Assembly (NCBI GenBank): GCA_964057225.1
Contig: OZ059900.1
Location: 22,506,001 to 22,570,000, forward strand
Length of the DNA stretch: 64,000 nucleotides
Direction: 5' to 3'
Origin: Auanema rhodensis
Lineage: Eukaryota > Animalia > Nematoda
A model generated the notes under the pieces. The model had not been told where the DNA came from, did not search any database, and saw only the letters and a program-made list of their open reading frames with translations. Of the stretch, positions 56,901 through 64,000 are shown one piece after another; the stretch's first letter is position 1; each line of letters begins with the position of its first letter. A program made the position numbers and the translations under genes.

Positions 56901-59790
56901 TCTAGTTCCACTTTCACGACAAAAAAACAGGGGTTAGAAAATTAAGGAAATTAGCATATTCTGAGGGCACGCCCCTTATGGCTAATATTGATTAAATCGA
57001 TTTTTGTTCATATGAGTCGTCAAATGCAACGAATTTCAGCGTGTTACATACTTAAATGAAGCATTTTACATGCTGAACACTAGAAAAATACAAAAACACA
57101 GTATTTCCCATGAGAAATATTTTATTATACTGGAAACCAGTTTTTGGAATTTTCGCTGTAAACAAGGTTTTGACTTACGATTTCATGTGTTCAAACTCAT
57201 GCAATGTCAATGAAACCTAGCTCAAAACTGTTCGTACAACGTCTAGTTCCACTTTCACGACAAAAAAACAGGGGTTAGAAAATTTAGGAAATTAGCATAT
57301 TCTGAGGGCACGCCCCTTATGGCTAATATTGATTAAATCGATTTTTGTTCATATGAGTCGTCAAATGCAACGAATTTCAGCGTGTTACATACTAAAATGA
57401 AGCATTTTACATGCTGAACACTAGAAAAATACAAAAACACAGTTTTTCCCATGAGAAATATTTTATTATGCTGGAAAACCAGTTTTTGGAAATTTCGCTG
57501 TAAACAAGGTTTTGACTTACGATTTCATGTGTTCAAACTCATGCAATGTCAATGAAACCTAGCTCAAAACTGTTCGTACAACGTCTGGTTCCACTTTCAC
57601 GACAAAAAAACAGGGGTTAGAAAATTTAGGAAATTAGCATATTCTGAGGGCACGCCCCTTATGGCTAATATTGATTAAATCGATTTTTGTTCATATGAGT
57701 CGTCAAATGCAACGAATTTCAGCGTGTTACATACTAAAATGAAGTATTTTACATGCTGAACACTAGAAAAATACAAAAACACAGTATTTCCCATAAGAAA
57801 TATTTTATTATGCTGGAAAACCAGTTTTTGGAAATTTCGCTGTAAACAAGGTTTTGACTTACGATTTCATGTGTTCAAACTCATGCAATGTCAATGAAAC
57901 CTAGCTCAAAATTGTTCGTACAACGTCTAGTTACACTTTCACGACAAAAAAACAGGGGTTAGAAAATTAAGGAAATTAGCATATTCTGAGGGCACGCCCC
58001 TTATGGCTAATATTGATTAAATCGATGTTTGTTCATATGAGTCGTCAAATGCAACGAATTTCAGCGTGTTACATACTAAAATGAAGTATTTTACATGCTG
58101 AACACTAGAAAAATACAAAAACACAGTATTTCCCATGAGAAATATTTTATTATGCTGGAAAACCAGTTTTTGGAAATTTCGCTGTAAACAAGGTTTTGAC
58201 TTACGATTTCATGTGTTCAAACTCATGCAATGTCAATGAAACCTAGCTCAAAATTGTTTGTACAACGTCTAGTTCCACTTTCACGACAAAAAAACAGGGG
58301 TTAGAAAATTAAGGAAATTAGCATATTCTGAGGGCACGCCCCTTATGGCTAATATTGATTAAATCGATTTTTGTTCATATGAGTAGTCAAATGCAACGAA
58401 TTTCAGCGTGTTACATACTTAAATGAAGCATTTTACATGCTGAACACTAGAAAAATACAAAAACACAGTATTTCCCATGAGAAATATTTTATTATACTGG
58501 AAACCAGTTTTTGGAATTTTCGCTGTAAACAAGGTTTTGACTTACAATTTCATGTGTTCAAACTCATGCAATGTCAATGAAACCTAGCTCAAAATTGTTC
58601 GTACAACGTCTAGTTCCACTTTCACGACAAAAAAACAGGGGTTAGAAAATTAAGGAAATTAGCATATTCTGAGGGCACGCCCCTTATGGCTAATATTGAT
58701 TAAATCGATTTTTGTTCATATGAGTCGTCAAATGCAACGAATTTCAGCGTGTTACATACTAAAATGAAGCATTTTACATGCTGAACACTAGAAAAATACA
58801 AAAACACAGTATTTCCCATGAGAAATATTTTATTATGCTGGAAAACCAGTTTTTGGAAATTTCGCTGTAAACAAGGTTTTGACTTACGATTTCATGTGTT
58901 CAAACTCATGCAATGTCAATGAAACCTAGCTCAAAATTGTTCGTACAACGTCTAGTTCCACTTTCACGACAAAAAAACAGGGGTTAGAAAATTTAGGAAA
59001 TTAGCATATTCTGAGGGCACGCCCCTTATGGCTAATATTGATTAAATCGATTTTTGTTCATATGAGTCGTCAAATGCAACGAATTTCAGCGTGTTACATA
59101 CTAAAATGAAGTATTTTGCATGCTGAACACTAGAAAAATACAAAAACACAGTATTTCCCATGAGAAATATTTTATTATGCTGGAAAACCAGTTTTTGGAA
59201 ATTTCGCTGTAAACAAGGTTTTGACTTACGATTTCATGTGTTCAAACTCATGCAATGTCAATGAAACCTAGCTAAAAATTGTTCCTACAACGTCTAGTTC
59301 CACTTTCACGACAAAAAACAGGGGTTAGAAAATTAAGGAAATTAGCATAATCTGAGGGCACGCCCCTTATGGCTAATATTGATTAAATCGATTTTTGTTC
59401 ATATGAGTCGTCAAATGCAACGAATTTCAGCGTGTCACATACTTAAATGAAGCATTTTACATGCTGAACACTAGAAAAATACAAAAACACAGTATTTCCC
59501 ATGAGAAATATTTTATTATGCTGGAAAACCACTTTTTGGAAATTTCGCTGTAAACAAGGTTTTGACTTACGATTTCATGTGTTCAAACTCATGCAATGTC
59601 AATGAAACCTAGCTCAAAACTGTTCCTACAACGTCTAGTTCCACTTTCACGACAAAAAAACAGGGGTTAGAAAATTAAGGAAATTAGCATATTCTGAGGG
59701 CACGACCCTTATGGCTAATATTGATTAAATCGATTTTTGTTCATATGAGTCGTCAAATGCAACGAATTTCAGCGTGTTACATACTAAAAT
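50908..59790 (+). repeat. 9-mer HOR tandem (3075-bp unit) including one 8-mer deletion variant
   Basis: Monomer A (GAAGTATTTTGCATG) starts at 53300, 56033 and 59108, giving spacings of 2733 and 3075 bp. Monomers C-H and a ninth monomer precede it from 50908. Confidence 0.9.
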
Positions 59791-62700
59791 GAAGCATTTT
59801 ACATGCTGAACACCATAAAAATACAAAAACACAGTATTTCCCATGAGAAATATTTTATTATGCTGGAAAACCAGTTTTTGGAAGTTTCGCTGTAAACAAG
59901 GTTTTGACTTACGATTTCATGTGTTCAAACTCATGCAATGTCAATGAAACCTAGCTCAAAATTGTTCCTACAACGTCTAATTCCACTTTCACGACAAAAA
60001 AACAGGGGTTAGAAAATTAAGGAAATTAGCATATTCTGAGGGCACGCCCCTTATGGCTAATATTGATTAAATCGATTTTTGTTCATATGAGTCGTCAAAT
60101 GCAACGAATTTCAGCGTGTTACATACTAAAATGAAGCATTTTACATGCTGAACACTATAAAAATACAAAAACACAGTATTTCCCATGAGAAATATTTTAT
60201 TATGCTGGAAAACCAGTTTTTGGAAATTTCGCGGTAAACAAGGTTTTGACTTACGATTTCATGTGTTCAAACTCATGCAATGTCAATGAAACCTAGCTCA
60301 AAATTGTTCCTACAACGTCTAGTTCCACTTTCACGACAAAAAACAGGGGTTAGAAAATTAAGGAAATTAGCATATTCTGAGGGCACGCCCCTTATGGCTA
60401 ATATTGATTAAATCGATTTTTGTTCATATGAGTCGTCAAATGCAACGAATTTCAGCGTGTTACATACTAAAATGAAGCATTTTACATGCTGAACACTAGA
60501 AAACTACAAAAACACAGTATTTCCCATGAGAAATATTTTATTATGCTGGAAAACCAGTTTTTGGAAATTTCGCTGTAAACAAGGTTTTGACTTACGATTT
60601 CATGTGTTCAAACTCATGCAATGTCAATGAAACCTAGCTCAAAATTGTTCCTACAACGTCTAGTTCCACTTTCACGACAACAAAACAGGGGTTAGAAAAT
60701 TAAGGAAATTAGCATATTCTGAGGGCACGCCCCTTATGGCTAATATTGATTAAATCGATTTTTGTTCATATGAGTCGTCAAATGCAACGAATTTCAGCGT
60801 GTTACATACTAAAATGAAGCATTTCACATGCTGAACACTAGAAAAATACAAAAACACAGTATTTCCCATAAGAAATATTTTATTATGCTGGAAAACCAGT
60901 TTTTGGAAAGTTCGCTGTAAACAAGGTTTTGACTTACGATTTCATGTGTTCAAACTCATGCAATGTCAATGAAACCTAGCTCAAAATTGTTCCTACAACG
61001 TCTAGTTCCACTTTCACGACAACAAAACAGGGGTTAGAAAATTAAGGAAATTAGCATATTCTGAGGGCACGCCCTTTATGGCTAATATTGATTAAATCGA
61101 TTTTTGTTCATATGAGTCGTCAAATGCAACGAATTTCAGCGTGTTACATACTAAAATGAAACATTTTACATGCTGAACACTATAAAAATACAAAAACACA
61201 GTATTTCCCATGAGAAATATTTTATTATGCTGGAAAACCAGTTTTTGGAAATTTCGCTGTAAACAAGGTTTTGACTTACGATTTCATGTGTTCAAACTCA
61301 TGCAATGTCAATGAAACCTAGCTCAAAATTGTTCCTACAACGTCTAGTTCCACTTTCACGACAAAAAAACAGGGGTTAGAAAATTAAGGAAATTAGCATA
61401 TTCTGAGGGCACGCCCCTTATGGCTAATATTGATTAAATCGATTTTTGTTCATATGAGTCGTCAAATGAAACGAATTTCAGCGTGTTACATACTAAAATG
61501 AAGCATTTTACATGCTGAACACTGGAAAAATACAAAAACACAGTATTTCCCATGAGAAATATTTTATTATGCTGGAAAACCAGTTTTTGGAAATTTCGCT
61601 GTAAACATGGTTTTGACTTACGATTTCATGTGTTCAAACTCATGCAATGTCAATGAAACCTAGCTCAAAATTGTTCCTACAACGTCTAGTTCCACTTTCA
61701 CGACAACAAAACAGGGGTTAGAAAATTAAGGAAATTAGCATATTCTGAGGGCACGCCCCTTATGGCTAATATTGATTAAATCGATTTTTGTTCATATGAG
61801 TCGTCAAATGCAACGAATTTCAGCGTGTTACATACTAAAATGAAGCATTTCACATGCTGAAAACTAGAAAAATACAAAAACACAGTATTTCCCATGAGAA
61901 ATATTTTATTATGCTGGAAAACCAGTTTTTGGAAATTTCGCTGTAAACAAGGTTTTGACTTACGATTTCATGTGTTCAAACTCATGCAATGTCAATGAAA
62001 CCTAGCTCAAAATTGTTATTACAACGTCTAGTTCCACTTTCACGACAAAAAAACAGGGGTTAGAAAATTAAGGAAATTAGCATATTCTGAGGGCACGCCT
62101 CTTATGGCTAATATTGATTAAATCGATTTTTGTTCATATGAGTCGTCAAATGCAACGAATTTCAGCGTGTTACATACTAAAATGAAGCATTTCACATGCT
62201 GAACACTAGAAAAATACAAAAACACAGTATTTCCCATAAGAAATATTTTATTATGCTGGAAAACCAGTTTTTGGAAAGTTCGCTGTAAACAAGGTTTTGA
62301 CTTACGATTTCATGTGTTCAAACTCATGCAATGTCAATGAAACCTAGCTCAAAATTGTTCCTACAACGTCTAGTTCCACTTTCACGACAACAAAACAGGG
62401 GTTAGAAAATTAAGGAAATTAGCATATTCTGAGGGCACGCCCTTTATGGCTAATATTGATTAAATCGATTTTTGTTCATATGAGTCGTCAAATGCAACGA
62501 ATTTCAGCGTGTTACATACTAAAATGAAACATTTTACATGCTGAACACTATAAAAATACAAAAACACAGTATTTCCCATGAGAAATATTTTATTATGCTG
62601 GAAAACCAGTTTTTGGAAATTTCGCTGTAAACAAGGTTTTGACTTACGATTTCATGTGTTCAAACTCATGCAATGTCAATGAAACCTAGCTCAAAATTGT

Positions 62701-62867
62701 TCGTACAACGTCTAGTTCCACTTTCACGACAAAAAAACAGGGGTTAGAAAATTTAGGAAATTAGCATATTCTGAGGGCACGCCCCTTATGGCTAATATTG
62801 ATTAAATCGATTTTTGTTCATATGAGTCGTCAAATGCAACGAATTTCAGCGTGTTACATACTAAAAT
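59791..62867 (+). repeat. More diverged 9-monomer block with an internal 1368-bp-offset duplication
   Basis: Markers GACAACAAA, GCCCTTT and GAAACATT, plus many singleton SNPs. The monomers at 60816 and 62184 match each other. Confidence 0.8.
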
Positions 62868-64000
62868 GAAGTATTTTGCATGCTGAACACTAGAAAAATA
62901 CAAAAACACAGTATTTCCCATGAGAAATATTTTATTATGCTGGAAAACCAGTTTTTGGAAATTTCGCTGTAAACAAGGTTTTGACTTACGATTTCATGTG
63001 TTCAAACTCATGCAATGTCAATGAAACCTAGCTAAAAATTGTTCCTACAACGTCTAGTTCCACTTTCACGACAAAAAACAGGGGTTAGAAATTTAAGGAA
63101 ATTAGCATAATCTGAGGGCACGCCCCTTATGGCTAATATTGATTAAATCGATTTTTGTTCATATGAGTCGTCAAATGCAACGAATTTCAGCGTGTCACAT
63201 ACTTAAATGAAGCATTTTACATGCTGAACACTAGAAAAATACAAAAACACAGTATTTCCCATGAGAAATATTTTATTATGCTGGAAAACCACTTTTTGGA
63301 AATTTCGCTGTAAACAAGGTTTTGACTTACGATTTCATGTGTTCAAACTCATGCAATGTCAATGAAACCTAGCTCAAAACTGTTCCTACAACGTCTAGTT
63401 CCACTTTCACGACAAAAAAACAGGGGTTAGAAAATTAAGGAAATTAGCATATTCTGAGGGCACGACCCTTATGGCTAATATTGATTAAATCGATTTTTGT
63501 TCATATGAGTCGTCAAATGCAACGAATTTCAGCGTGTTACATACTAAAATGAAGCATTTTACATGCTGAACACTAAAAAAATACAAAAACACAGTATTTC
63601 CCATGAGAAATATTTTATTATGCTGGAAAACGAGTTTTTGGAAATTTCGCTGTAAACAAGGTTTTGACTTACGATTTCATGTGTTCAAACTCATGCAATG
63701 TCAATGAAACCTAGCTCAAAACTGTTCGTACAACGTCTAGTTCCACTTTCACGACAAAAAAACAGGGGTTAGAAAATTTAGGAAATTAGCATATTCTGAG
63801 GGCACGCCCCTTATGGCTAATATTGATTAAATCGATTTTTGTTCATATGAGTCGTCAAATGCAACGAATTTCAGCGTGTTACATACTAAAATGAAACATT
63901 TTACATGCTGAACACTAGAAAAATACAAAAACACAGTTTTTCCCATGAGAAATATTTTATTATGCTGGAAAACCAGTTTTTGGAAATTTCGCTGTAAACA
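62868..64000 (+). repeat. Resumption of the 9-mer HOR family (A, B, C/D chimera, partial monomer)
   Basis: A markers at 62868, B markers at 63209. The monomer at 63551 has C-type AACGAG followed by D/E-type AACTGTTCGT and TTTAGG. Confidence 0.85.

Larger units (their letters stand above)
1..64000 (+). repeat. Tandem satellite DNA array, 342-bp monomer, ~187 copies, running off both window ends
   Basis: The motif GAAG(C/T)ATTTTACATGCTGAACACTAG recurs at 1, 342, 684, 1026, 1367, 1709, 2051 ... 63893, spaced 341-342 bp apart. No non-monomer sequence or orientation switch was seen. A hand count of the consensus gives 60 C + 56 G in 342 bp. Confidence 0.99.

Noticed and set aside
1-64000. CRISPR array
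   Set aside because: There are no unique spacers and no cas genes; the entire 342-bp unit is repeated.
1-64000. Giant repetitive ORF (342 is divisible by 3)
   Set aside because: The consensus has stop codons in all six frames, and 341-bp monomers shift the frame.
1-64000. Pure assembly artefact or concatemer
   Set aside because: Hierarchically shared, linked variants and chimeric monomers indicate real evolutionary history. Exact copy number and order still need read support.

Overview
The whole 64-kb window is one uninterrupted, head-to-tail satellite DNA array. It holds about 187 copies of an AT-rich (~34% GC) 342-bp monomer, some of them 341 bp because of 1-bp deletions. All copies are in the same orientation and differ at only a few positions each. 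I found no genes, RNA genes, transposon insertions, inversions or CRISPR spacers. The structure lies in the variants: diagnostic SNP/indel haplotypes define several spatially clustered higher-order repeat (HOR) domains. These are a 9-mer at the start and at 50.9-59.8 kb, an 11-monomer-offset duplication at 2-8.5 kb, irregular 3-9-mer cassettes at 8.9-23 kb, a 10-mer at 29-47 kb, and a more diverged block at 59.8-62.9 kb. Chimeric monomers record in-register unequal exchange. The monomer is rich in dyad symmetry. The picture fits a eukaryotic centromeric or pericentromeric satellite, but I cannot name the family or organism, and centromere function is inference only. All counts were made by eye.
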